64,000 bases of DNA from Azolla caroliniana (lineage: Eukaryota; Plantae; Polypodiophyta), in contig JBHGNT010000004.1 of assembly GCA_043228905.1 (NCBI GenBank), positions 19,840,001-19,904,000 on the forward strand, given 5' to 3'. The notes beneath the pieces are model-generated. The model did not search any database and was not told the DNA's origin. It was given only the letters and a program-made list of their open reading frames with translations. The first letter of the stretch is position 1. Each line of letters opens with the position of its first letter. This document shows positions 36,035-48,267 of the stretch, in pieces. Made by a program: the position numbers and the translations under genes.

Positions 36035-38557
36035 ATTGTATAATACTTTGTATTTATAACTGAAAACTTGTTTTGAAATATAAGACCTTTTTGTTTGAGT
36101 ACCATTTCTTTACACTATCTGATTGGTGTCTCGAACTTTGTGTCTATCATATGTTTGCAAAAGGTTGACTCCTCAAATATGTGGTTAAGTATAATTTTCA
36201 TTGAATAGATGATGATGAACTTATCGATTGTATGACAAATGTATAATTGTTTCTTGATTAATATAATTGAATTAAGCTTTATTCTAGGATTTATGTTGTC
36301 GTTAATCTTGGTTATTTAGTTTCAAGTAAACACAATAATATTAAGTCAACATTGTTGCTCACTTGATAATACATTCACGTTGTTACATGTATGATTGGCA
36401 TATAATGTTCATAATGGTTTTTGGGCATGTGTGGTATATCGTGAGATATTCGTTTCTGAAAAATTATCAAATTATATCCAAAAATCCTATTTACTAATTC
36501 GATATAACAATCTCTATAAGATTTAGAGACAAATATAGCAACAAAATTGAATTACTAAATTTGTTGTCTTGGATTCAAATTTAACATTGTGTACAATAAA
36601 GCATATTACAATTATAGTTGGATACATTCCCATAATCTTATCTAAGATTTTGATAAATTTGTATATGAATTGAGAAAATATCGGTTAAATTTGAAACCTC
36701 GATAGTATTAACTGTATTTTTGAGTGATGTTTTTAAAAATCATTGCGCATGTGTGATAGATTCTTGAAAGTTTGTTCAAAATTGGTAATTCTTGACATCT
36801 CATGTATTTATCAATAAAGGAATGTGACATATTACATGTTTCAAATGACCCGATGTTTGTGAAGTCTCCCAAGAAGGACATAGTCCCTCCCCCCGAGTCC
36901 ATGCCTAACCTCCCTCATTGATCCTCTCCCATCCTAACACCACATCCTGCCTTGTATCTTCTTCCAATTCCTCCTCATGGAAGTGTAACACCTCATCGAG
37001 GGAGTCTACCCTCTCCTCTAGGCATAGGTAGTTGCGGCTTTTTAATGCAAGCATCGTTGAAACTCCCACATATCATTCAAGCATTCATCCACATTGACAT
37101 CCACTTATCCCCACTCGAGGTGATTGGTAGGCTGTTAAAGTATTTGTGCGCCTTGACTTCTATGGAGCTGGAGATCCATGCCATGTTGCTGGCCAAAACC
37201 TCTAGGTCCATTAGGTCAAATGAGAAGCCTACCTTCGGCAACTTGTTTCGTTCAGCGCTCCAAATCGGCAAGCACATCTCCCTGCATTCTTTTAGAGCAT
37301 GCATCCGAATCAGTATAAGAACTTGAAAACGAAGGGCACATTTAAAATGTGAATGTAAACTAAAGGCATTTGAAGTTGAATATGTTATATACATAGAATG
37401 AACCATACGTACCATACATGCATTCACATTCGAGAATGATTCAATCAAACGTGTATGGTAAATTATCTCAAAGCTGAATTAGATTTATAAGTTGGAAAAA
37501 AATAAAGATTGGATTTTCAAAAAATGACTATGGTCTATATTATATATTGATTAAATCAAATGTCAACACAATTGAAAGTTCAAATCTTAGGAATTACTTA
37601 ACTACTAAACATTAGAAAGCACGAACATAAAATTCAAATAATTCAAAGATATAATTGTATTGATGATAAGCTCACCTTGGAATTATCGATGTTCTCATCC
37701 CGCAACTAGTGAAAGTATAAATTTCTTCACTTTAGAACTTTACAAAAAAATGAGTATGAACTATAGAGTGAGGAAAGAGACATCACTATTTATTATTGTT
37801 GCTTTATGTGGAAAAGTGAGGAAAGAGACATTGTGAATGAAGATGCGACAAGTTGTTTTTAAGAGACCTTTACAAAAGTTGTAGCAAGGTGTGAAATATA
37901 ATCTCCATGTATTAAAACAAGTTGCCTTTATTTTTGGTAGTTTAGGGTTTAGGGTACCCATCTTTTCTTTTCTTTTCGCCAATCCACAGTACAATAGCTT
38001 TGAGAAACAACAAATTGGCTTCTGGAGATAAGAAGTAAAGCATCATGTCACTTATTGAGTTGAGACATAATCATCGTAGTAGAGGCCATCCGGCAGATCG
38101 CTAGTTATGAGGTAATATCATAAAACCCCTCCCTCCCTCTTCTTCTTAAGGGTAATATCAACAAATACTCCTCTTGCCTTAGTTATAACTTACAACAATG
38201 ATGAATGGATTGAACACTATATCATTTCATGTTTGTCAGTACATTCTTTATTACAATATTCTTGTGGTCCTAGTACACTCCTCCAGCCATATCCAACACT
38301 TAAAACTCTTCCATGTTATTCATACTTTCTATGAGTAAAATTCTGCTTGGCTCCTAGAGTACACCTCAAAGCCATATATGTATATATGGAAGGAAGGAGG
38401 AGGTGATTGATTAGAGAAGGAAGTGAGAAAGAAAGAAATATTAAGTGTCTTTTTTTAAGGCCAAAATTGGGCCCATGAGACAATTGGTTTAGAACAAAAA
38501 ATAGGGTGTTCATTGGTATACATACCCAAATCATAAAAAAAAAAAAATTGGCTCCTC

Positions 38558-40919
38558 ATGGCTGAGGAAGGGGGTGGGCGACCGGTGGCGGTGGCGGCTC
38601 ACGTGGTGGTGATCCCATTCCCGGCACGCGGCCACGTGAACCCCATGTTGCAAATGGCCGCCCGGCTGGCGGCGGCGGAGGACGGCATTTCTGTGACCTT
38701 TGTCAGCTCAGAAGCCGATGGCCGGGTCATGAAGAAGAAGAAGGAGGAGGAGGAGGAGGAGATGAGGTCCATCCGATTCGTGGAGATACCGGACGGCCTC
38801 CCTCCAGATCTGGATCGCTCCACTTACGTGCTGGACCTCTGCAAATCCGCCATAGCCAGCATGGGCCCCCATTTCCACAGCTTGATTGGGCGGCTCATGA
38901 GGATGGAAGAAGACGGAGACGGGCAAGGGCAAGGGCATGGGCATGGGCATGGGCATGGCCCTCCCACCTGCATCCTGGCGGACATGAGGCTCGCCTCCTT
39001 CTCCGTCGCCACTGCCCTGCATTTCGGCCTCTCCCATGGAAGCTTCTGGACTCAGTCCGCCGCGAGCTTCTCATCCCTGCACGCCATTTGCGCCAACGCC
39101 TACCGACCACTACCGGAAGGTATGTAAAAAGATTAGTTAGTTATAACTTATAACTTACATCTCTCCCTCCTCCGCTTTCTATAGCTAGTTAGGGACCGTC
39201 CCATGGCCACTCTTACTTAGTTAGGCTCAGCTTATCTTTAGTTTGTTAAGGGTCTCATGTCACTTTGTTCACGCTCTCCTGCTTTATTTCATGCGGGCTC
39301 AATTTTATGTTGGAATACCCCCCACGGTCCCGAGCCGAGCACAGGCGGCGGACTCACTGCCCGTCCATATTCTCGGTCTCACTTTGCGGGGACACCATCG
39401 TCTTATCTTTCCCTTTCCTCCATTGCCTAGGTTGGCCACATAGTTCATCTAGGCCATTTAGCCTCTGGTTTGGTAGTAGTTTGTCCATTGGTGGGCTCAT
39501 AGTTTACCCATATCTATTTATTTGCCTACCGGAAAGGGTGATGAATATTTGGGGTTGTAGCCACTCCATTCGTGAGCTCATAGTTTACCTATAGCTATTT
39601 ATCTACAGGTAAGGGTGATGAATATTTTGGGGTTGTAGCCACCACTCATGGGCCATCGTTTTCGAATAACCCTTACACTTAGGATCGAATCTCTTTAACA
39701 CACGATAGTGAATTGACTCTAGATGGCGAACTCGAGATATTTCGACTCGGACACTTGGTCCTCATGACTTCCTTGTTCACCAAAAGTGGTACATACTAAG
39801 TCACATTCATATAAATTCTCCCTCTCCCATTTTAATTCTTTCGGCGCATCGATCTCCCATTTAGTTACAACCTTTGGTATTGGCATGCATGTGTACTAAG
39901 ATAACTGTATTTTCATCTTTCAAAGTCTGTGCATATTTTGGGTGTCTTCACTTTTCTCATTTTGTTTTCTTTTTCTTATTCATGTAGATTTTACTGTTCC
40001 CGGTGCTGCATTTCTCAAACCAAAAGATTTCCACACTTTCATTAAGTGTTACAACCCCTCCGATATTATGTTTCGTTTCATTACCAATGGATTCGACATA
40101 TTAGACAAATCTCGTTGGATAATAATTAACACAATCCAAGAACTAGAGCAAGAAACACTCGATGACCTTGTAAAAAACAAACAATTGCATACAATATTGC
40201 CAATAGGTCCTCTCTTGCCTCTCCCATTCATCAACCAAATTAAAGGGAACAAGGATAAAGATCGAACGTGTCACGATGCAATCATACACCGGAATGAAAA
40301 CAAAGGTTGTATCTTATGGTTGAACCAATTCCAACCTAAGTCTGTACTATATGTTTCCTTTGGGAGCCTAGCCTCTGTTTCTGGTCAACAAATCGAGGAA
40401 ATTGCACTTGGCCTTGAAGATAGTGGATTTCCGTTTTTATGGGTTACAAGACCAAACATGATGTATGGTCAATCACCAAACTTTAGCATTGATTTCTTGG
40501 AAAGAGTGAAAGAGCGTGCATACTTTGTCGACTGGGCACCACAATTGGATATTCTTGCCCACACTTCTGTGGGTGGGTTCCTCACACATTGTGGTTGGAA
40601 CTCTACATTAGAGGCAATCACCGTGGGGATGCCAATACTTGGATGGCCATTTTTTTCTGACCAACCCATGAATTGTAAATGCGTTGAACAAGGGTGGAAA
40701 GTGGGATTAAGTTTGCATGATGACGATAATGCTCCTTTGAAAAGCTTGGTGTCAAGGAATGTTATCAAGACCAAGGTGGAAGAGTTGATGACTAGCAACA
40801 AATTTCAAGATAAGGTTAATGAATGGAGCTTATCATCCATAAAAGCATCAATAAAGGGCGGGTCATCATCAAATAATTTCCTTTCATTTGTTGAGAGCCT
40901 CAAATCACATCCCTTGTAA
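38558..40919 (+). CDS. Family-1 UDP-glycosyltransferase (UGT-3); exons 38558-39119 and 39988-40919, about 497 aa
   Basis: RGHVNPML, CILADMR, PSPG box WAPQLDILAHTSVGGFLTHCGWNSTLEAITVGMPILGWPFFSDQ; same intron position as UGT-1 and UGT-2. Confidence 0.95.
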
Positions 40920-42840
40920 ACCTCGAACTATTTATATGTCCTCATGTTTAACTCAAACAATAACCTCGATTTAATGACCAACCTCGAACAAATTGTGTAA
41001 ATGAATCTAAGAAAGCAATATTTAGAAAGTTCCTTTTTGTAAAAAAAGAAAATATTTTCTTTGGCAAAGAAGAGTAAGTTTTATATTTTTACTCTACCTT
41101 TTTTCAAAAATGACAATTTAACATTGAAGTTGTGTATATGACGTGTGCGCATGCATGCATCATTTTCATTACACATGACTTTTTGCACACGATCTCTTGC
41201 AATCCTTTACACATAACTTGCCCTTCTCTTCTAGAAAACTTTGAGATGAATAAATTCAAGTGTTTCTACTCAATGTTTGAAATCAAATGTGAAATATTAA
41301 TATCAAGATGTGTTATAATTGTTATGTTCCCTATGTTAAGATATAGCATTACTTTAATGGTTTGTAGCAATTGGTGAGAACTATTAAAAGATTGAGTGGT
41401 AAACATTAAGTAAATATGGTCTATAATTTTTTTTGGAAAATAAATAAATATATATGGTCTGTAATTGGTTAACATAATTCTCATTTGAAATGTTGTCACG
41501 AGCCATGTTTTGCCTTATTTTGAATGAGCTCCTCTATACGGGTCACAACAAAAGCAAAACATGTACAAAGCTAAAGCTTAAGCTTTTCTCTCTCCTTAAT
41601 CACTTTCTCAATCACAAGCTCTAAGCTTAATTATTGTATTTAGCCTAAGATTATAGTAATTTAAAACGGACTAATGAAAGATTGATCAAATTGGTTGTTT
41701 CTTGTCTCTTAGCTCTTATATTCAGTGCATGGAAAACATGGTAAAGTCTAATTGTCATTAAGTGGTAGTTGAGTTGTGTGAATGTGATGAGGCATGGGGT
41801 AAGATTAAAGCTTGCTTAATAGTTAGTTTATGCATTCATAGCTTAAGAGTGGTTGACACCCACTCTCATTCATCTCTCTAAAAAATGGGTGGATGGTGAT
41901 TTGTTCCTGCACATAGACCTCAAAATGGTTCTCAAGAAGAAAACCTAAGTAAAAGTGGTTTTTTGGGTGGCAGATTACCCAAAGTTATGACTAAAAGACG
42001 TTATAATGCCCAATTTTGAGTGTTATGACAGATTACCCAAAGTTTCTCCATCAAATGTTTGATGCAAGTGGTCATAATTCGTTTACCTCGCTTGAGTTAT
42101 AAGTCTTGCCATGGTTATGTGTCTTCTTTCTCTTTTTCATGGGTAGTTTCCTTGTTGCGCTTTCTCACACAAAAGAGTCACAAACAAACAACAAATCATT
42201 TAGAAAATTTATCTATTACTCATCCATCTTTTATTCCTATTGGTGGATCCCATAGCTTTTCCATGGGTAGTTTCCATCACCTGCAATGCTACTTTTAATG
42301 GTTGTGAATCTAAGATGACTATATGGATATCCATGGCATCAACAAGAGTATTAAGACTCTCTTTCTCAATGCGTAATGAATCACGGATTCATACAATCTC
42401 ACAAATATGGATGCTTAATGTTGTGATATCAATCTTGGGCGTTTCCTCGGGAGCTAGTTGGCTTTTCTTCTTCTTCGTGCCCCTTTCCCGATGTTAAATT
42501 TGAATGAATTTGATTTCCCTCATTGTATAAGAGATCCCTACTTAATTCTTCCTTGTGGTTCACATAATCATGTGAATTTGCATGCTCAATATTCTGACAG
42601 CCGCAAGCCTGCATTCAGTAATCATATCCTTCAATAGAATGCCTAAATCCATTCCATCCTTTGACCCAATTGCTCGATTCAAGGAAAATCGTCACTTTGT
42701 CAAGTATAATGACCACTCTATCCAACATTGGCAATTGGTTGAAGCTACTCTCATACTCATAGAAGACCTCAAGCATGGTTATATTTCTGTCGTGAAACTT
42801 GGCCTAGTCAATGAACGGGTGTCACGTTGGGAAATGGGAA

Positions 42841-44978
42841 TCAATGTTGTTTGCCGAGTTGACATGCTTCGCAAACTCGAACGACTCGTTCCGACTCGAA
42901 TGTCAGAAGTCCGATGACGACTCCCTTTGATTGCATAGCTCGGAGCCATTGGAGGTTGATGTGGCTGATTCTCTTGTGCCACAACTTGATGTTAGTCTCG
43001 TTTTTGAGACATTTGGCATACATGGCCGATTTCACCTCGTTCGAATCAAGAATGAACATTCAACCGTCTCTCCATCCCCTAACTATGAGTCGGCCATCTT
43101 TCCCGATGAAGCATCCTTCATTGTTAAAACGAACTTGCATGCCTTCCTCCACGATTTGGCCGACCGAGACCAAATTCGTTGTTATTGTGGGCGTGTGCAA
43201 GACATTCTTGATACACTTTTTTTGGCCTTCGTTGCTCATGCACGTTGAATGGGATGTGTGGTGTCATCTCTCGTCTCTCGTCTCTATGAAGTAGGGTCGA
43301 TCCAGTGTTCTTAAGTCACGAAACCACTCTTGGTGTGATTTCATGTGATGTGAGACGCCGAAGTCGACAAACCACACGTCTTCTGAGTTGGAGGTGCTTG
43401 TGGAGTCGGAGACCGACATAGAGTTCGCTCTATGTCTCATTACGAATAGCCCACCATAGTCGTCGTATTCGGAGTTGCTGGCGTAATTTGTGAATTGTCG
43501 GCTTGTCCGCTTGTCGAAGCCGACTCACTTCTCTTCTTTCGGCACTCCTCTTTGCGATGGCCGATTTTGCCGCAATACTTGCAAGTTGTGGGCCTCGTTT
43601 TCCGACCTTGTTCGGCATGGAAGCTCCCCCTTCTTCCAAAGGTTCCTCGATGGCTTCCGTCTTGTTGTTGAAGGTTTGAGTTCCCTTCTTGAGATGGGTC
43701 GAATCGACCTCTTCTACCATCGCAACCTTGTCCTCGGCCACCATCCGAATTCAAGAAGAACAGTTGTCCTTCCGACATCTTGGTCTTGGTTCGGACGTGA
43801 TTCTGTTTGACCAACAACATTGATTGGAGGTCAAAGAATGAAGGAGTTTTTTCCTTTACTAAGATTGTCGCCCTTAATGGGTTGAACCGTTGTGTGAGGC
43901 CACCCAAGCATACTTGCACCATCTCGTCTTCGTCGAAATTTACGTTGATGGAGCCAAGCTGGTCACAAATGCTCTTGAACTTGGCGGTGTAGTCTAACAC
44001 AGACATGTCTTTTTGCCGAATGTTATTCAACTCTTATCAGAGTTGAAGTTTGCGGGTGGTCATATTGGCAGTGAACATCTTCTTCAAGTTCTCACATGCC
44101 TCTTTAGGCGTCTTGGCATCTCGAATGTAGCTAAGCATGTGATCATGAACACATGTTGCCAAGCAATACATTACCCAAATCGCTCCTTGCTCCAATGTTG
44201 GGTAGTTGGCGTTTGTGATGTCGTTGTTGATGTAGCTCTAATACCCTTGGCCAACTAGGGATAAGTTCATCTTGTACTCCCAAGATGAATAATTTCACCA
44301 GTCTCTCTTTTCACTAGGGAGCGAGCTACCCATTTTTTTGTTCATGTTGTTGTAATGTCTTCCTTTTTGGCTTTTCTTCCTTCGGTCACATACACGTGCT
44401 ACATCGCGTCACTATGGTAGTGGATAGCCGGAATTTGTCGTCGGCATTTCGAACACACAATTACGAAGAGTCAGGTGGGCTTAGCAGATGTGCTAAACCA
44501 CACGCTCTAATACCATGTTAAGAATTATGTAATTAATTAAGGGTTAATTAGTACCTAATTAGGTGATTAAGTTAAGTGGCGGAAGATTAAGTGATATGTG
44601 TGTTTATGTGTGTGAGAGGAAGAGAGAGAGGAAGTTACACTTATGAACAATTACATAAATGGGGGATGATTAACAAGAGTGTAGTTAAAGACCTTTCCTC
44701 TATATTAAATTAGCATCATCAAGTTACAAAAATACCCACAATCAGGTATATATAGATCTCATGTGCAAGGCAACACATGTGTGAGGAGAATATAGGTACA
44801 AAGGTGTAAGTCTTATATTAAATGTACTTGGGAGTGGAGGATCTAGAATATCCCACTTAAGTACAAGGTCCTATTTAAGGCTTTATAGTCAACACTTCTA
44901 ACTAGAATCTATCTAGGTAACTACTAAGTTACGTGGTTGACTAACTAACTAACTCTAGTTAAGCTTGATATCTCAACA
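42841..44978 (-). mobile_element. Truncated Ty1/copia element (5' LTR, gag, protease, GAG-pre-integrase)
   Basis: LTR 44516-44978 (TG...CA); PBS TGGTATTAGAGC; gag with CKYCGKIGHRKEEC; LWHKRISHIN...CEACQLGKQH. Related to the elements at 51843-64000. Confidence 0.88.
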
Positions 44979-47937
44979 GAAAACAACGTGTAAAATTGTA
45001 AATGAAAACAAATATAACTTACTAATGCATATGCTCCATTGCATGACATCTAGACTTCAACGTAGTTGTGACTGATAATGATTGCCCCATGCTGTGGAAT
45101 ATGACAATCCAATACAATGGTGCAAGGGTCAATTCTAGGAAGTCTTTCACCATTTTCTCGATCTTGGGATATTTATACGGAAAATCATCATACATGGATC
45201 TCGTGATCCGGAATCCATACGGAATGTTTGCGATCAATAAAGTATAGTGCCTCTTGGGTAATATGTTTAGCATATTACCCACTTCCCCATTAAATACACT
45301 ATAATGCAGTGAACGAAAAGGGTTAGTTCTATGCAAAAAACTTTTGAAGGTTTCAGAATCCTCATGCACTTCCAATTCCTTCCCTTTTGTCATTCTCTTC
45401 TCATACTTTGCCCGTTCTAGATGTGTAATAAATGAGCTAGGTATACCTTAATTTGTATCTCCAACTTTTTTGGAGCGAGGTAGTTTCTACAATCAAAATG
45501 TATATTGGTTAGTGTCGACATTCACGATAACCAATTCAATTAGAAGTTTAAAGATACACACCCATTCTCTAAATACAATAAAAAATTCTTCAAGAGCCTT
45601 GTATGATGATGTCACCGGCATGCCTGTTCTACCTCCTCCCATGTAGGCAGTGACAATTTCTTCATCATCAATTCTTGGATCTTCATGTACACTTTATGGC
45701 TACAAACCAATAAATCATTGGTTAATCATTAAAATATTACATGACGCTTAATCATTACAATAACCAATATATTTTACTTCTGAAACTCAGTAACCATCTC
45801 TTCCAAGCTAAACACCTTGGCAGCTATTCGTGAAAATACATATATCAATAACCTATCATCTTTGATGTCTTGTAAAGATCGCCAAGGGAGCAGCTTCATG
45901 TCTTTAGGGAGCTCCTCCATTATCAAATCACTTTTACCTGTGGATCCACTTTAGCCTTCTTTGATTGTTGACCTTTCACCTCTTTCCGCCCCCACATACT
46001 AAATGTCTTATCTTGCAAGTCCCACACATCCCTTATTCTAAAAGCTAGTTGAAACCACAAATTATACTTCCTCAATCCTTCTAACTTCATGCTTTCATCT
46101 ACAACTATCCCCACCTCCAATAAACATCGGCGACGCAGTCCACGATGTAGCCTGGGACTATATCTTTGTAATGCATCAAGATACTCATCGTAAAATAATC
46201 AAATGCGTTCTATACAAGACATGGTTTGTTTGTAGTCGTCGTCATTATTATGGTCCCAAACCAATAACTTTGCCTCTTCATGTGTTAGACCTGCGTAAAC
46301 CTTGCTTCCACGAACTTGAAAAATGGGATCAGAGGATATTCTTTAATGAGTTGACATCTAGCTTATGTCGAATAAGATCCTCCTATGACATAGTATGTAT
46401 AGTCATCAACAGAACTGTACTTGAAATCTCCAAGCGAGGGACATTGTTTAGGGTCGACCATCACTAGAAATGGTACGATTGTTGCATGGGGATTGATCTT
46501 CATTTTACTTTTTAAGTTTTGCACTTGCACAGAATGGGGCTCTCGAATTTCTAGTGGACGTCTTCCAGTCACAGAATCCACTGGAGGTCTTTGAATCGAA
46601 CAAATTGGCAAGTGAAAAAACAGGCCTTTATGTACAAGCTTTGTCTTGACAATGTTCTCCCTTATTTTATTTTGCTCCGAGGTGAGTACACCTAATGACA
46701 TTTTTCCACCTAGAGGAACAACATCGAGTCGTTGTTCCTCATCCTCCTCTTCTACAAACTCAACTACATCAAGTTCGTATCATCATGTTTTGCTCTTTTC
46801 TTGTACTTCTTCCGCTCTAGTTTAGACTTCTGAGACTTCTTTGGAGGCGTCTCTGCCTCTGCAACCATTAGCTCCCTTGTAATGTATGGTTGAAGAGCCA
46901 CAATACTATTTTTATTTGTCTTAATATCTCTACGTAATACTTTAGGAGCACAACACTCTGTCACCAAGTTTCCTTCATCCACTAGAAGACGTCTAGTACC
47001 TCCTAAACTTTCTACATCAAGGATAAGATTTGGTGAATCTGAATCCTCATACTCACTATTTCGAAGTTTTCCATAAGTGAAGGTCTTTCCCATCTCTAGT
47101 TTGCTTTTCCTTGGAGATTTAGCAAAAATAAGATAAAGTGCCCCATCTTCTTCTACATAAACCAAACTCCATTCAAGGTCTATGTAGTTTTTCTGTTTAG
47201 GTTCATGAGGCTTTTCTTGAAGTAACTTCATTGTATTCTTAACTGAAGACTTCGAGGTGCTATCACCGCCAGACTCGAAGAGCATCTTTCGAGACTTATC
47301 TTGCATGAAACTAGCATAGCCCCTTTTAATTGGAGATGGTATCTTAAGCTTGAAAGCTAGGAGTTTTTGTCGTAGCTCACTAAAGCAAAGAATAAATTTA
47401 AGGAAATCACTTAAAATAGAGGAAAATTGTAGTCTTATCTTACAAAAAAGTATCAATTTAGTGTCGAAAATGGAAAACGTAGTGCGCTTAGTAATGGGCA
47501 AACCATGACAAAAATCATAGCCTTTCAACTGGAATCTGATGCAGTGCATTAGATTCCCATTGAAAGGATAGTCTTTCAATGCCAATCTGATGCAGTGCAT
47601 CAGATTGTGGTTGAAAGGCCTATGCCTTTCAATAGGAATCTAATGCAGTGCATCTGAATTCTTGTTGAAAGGATAGCCTTTCAACGCCAATCCGATGCAT
47701 TGTGCATCGGATTATGGTTGAAGGCTATGAATCAAACCAAAGCACTGCAACCACAATTGGATGCACTGCATCGGATTGGCGTTGAATTCTCCTAGTGTTC
47801 AATCACAATCCGATGCAATGCATCAGATTTTGTTGGACAATTCTTACTAAAAGTAGAAACCATCTTAAAAGGAATCTTTTTGGAATCTTAAGAATTGATT
47901 AAAAAACTTACCTGACAATTTGTTTTCCTTTGTTCAT
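44979..47937 (-). pseudogene. ParB-like plus amino-methyltransferase gene, copy 2 (last two exons lost)
   Basis: Exon 1 MNKGKQIV (47912-47937) matches MNKGKKIA of copy 1; YYVIGGSYST; LLIANIPYG (45217-45228); four introns at the same positions as copy 1. Confidence 0.85.
47521..47835. repeat. About six tandem palindromes (roughly 50-bp period) in intron 1 of ParB-MTase copy 2
   Basis: Consensus CCTTTCAA-N4-AATCYGATGCA-G-TGCATCRGATT-N4-TTGAAAGG. Confidence 0.93.
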
Positions 47938-48267
47938 GATTGTTGACTTCTAAAATTGTGTACTAGATTGTTGAATATTAGATTGCTTGAATGCTTGTGC
48001 TCTTGAGCTCTTAGACTTCTTCGACACGATAATGATAATGAGTCAAAGCCTTTCCTTTATATAGTGTCTTTCCAAGAAATACTTTGATTAAGTAATTAAA
48101 AAATAAATACGAAAAAACTAAAATTTATTTAAAAATAAATAAATAATTACTTAACAAATTAAAAATACATTGTGTATGTTTAAAATTCTTATTCCTCAAC
48201 ATGTTGACTATTATCAAGGTAATCTAGTGATAAAATTGCCAATTCTAGCCAATCTACCGAAGTCAAG

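Larger units (their letters stand above)
31548..36857. mobile_element. DNA transposon copy 1 (transposase plus ParB-methyltransferase family), truncated on the transposase side
   Basis: Divergent transposase remnant and ParB-MTase gene homologous to 44979-51238; candidate terminal sequence at 36821-36857. Confidence 0.75.

Noticed and set aside
41480-41500. TCATTTGAAA as the missing left TIR of transposon copy 2
   Set aside because: Only 10 nt match, the GGG end is absent, and no remaining MTase exons lie between it and 44979.
41500-42840. Short ORFs and a possible LTR or gag remnant
   Set aside because: No motif or boundary I can support; probably highly decayed TE sequence.
47521-47835. 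Possible CRISPR array (palindromic repeats at regular spacing)
   Set aside because: The units abut with only a few nt between them, there are no unique spacers and no cas genes, and the array lies in a spliceosomal intron.
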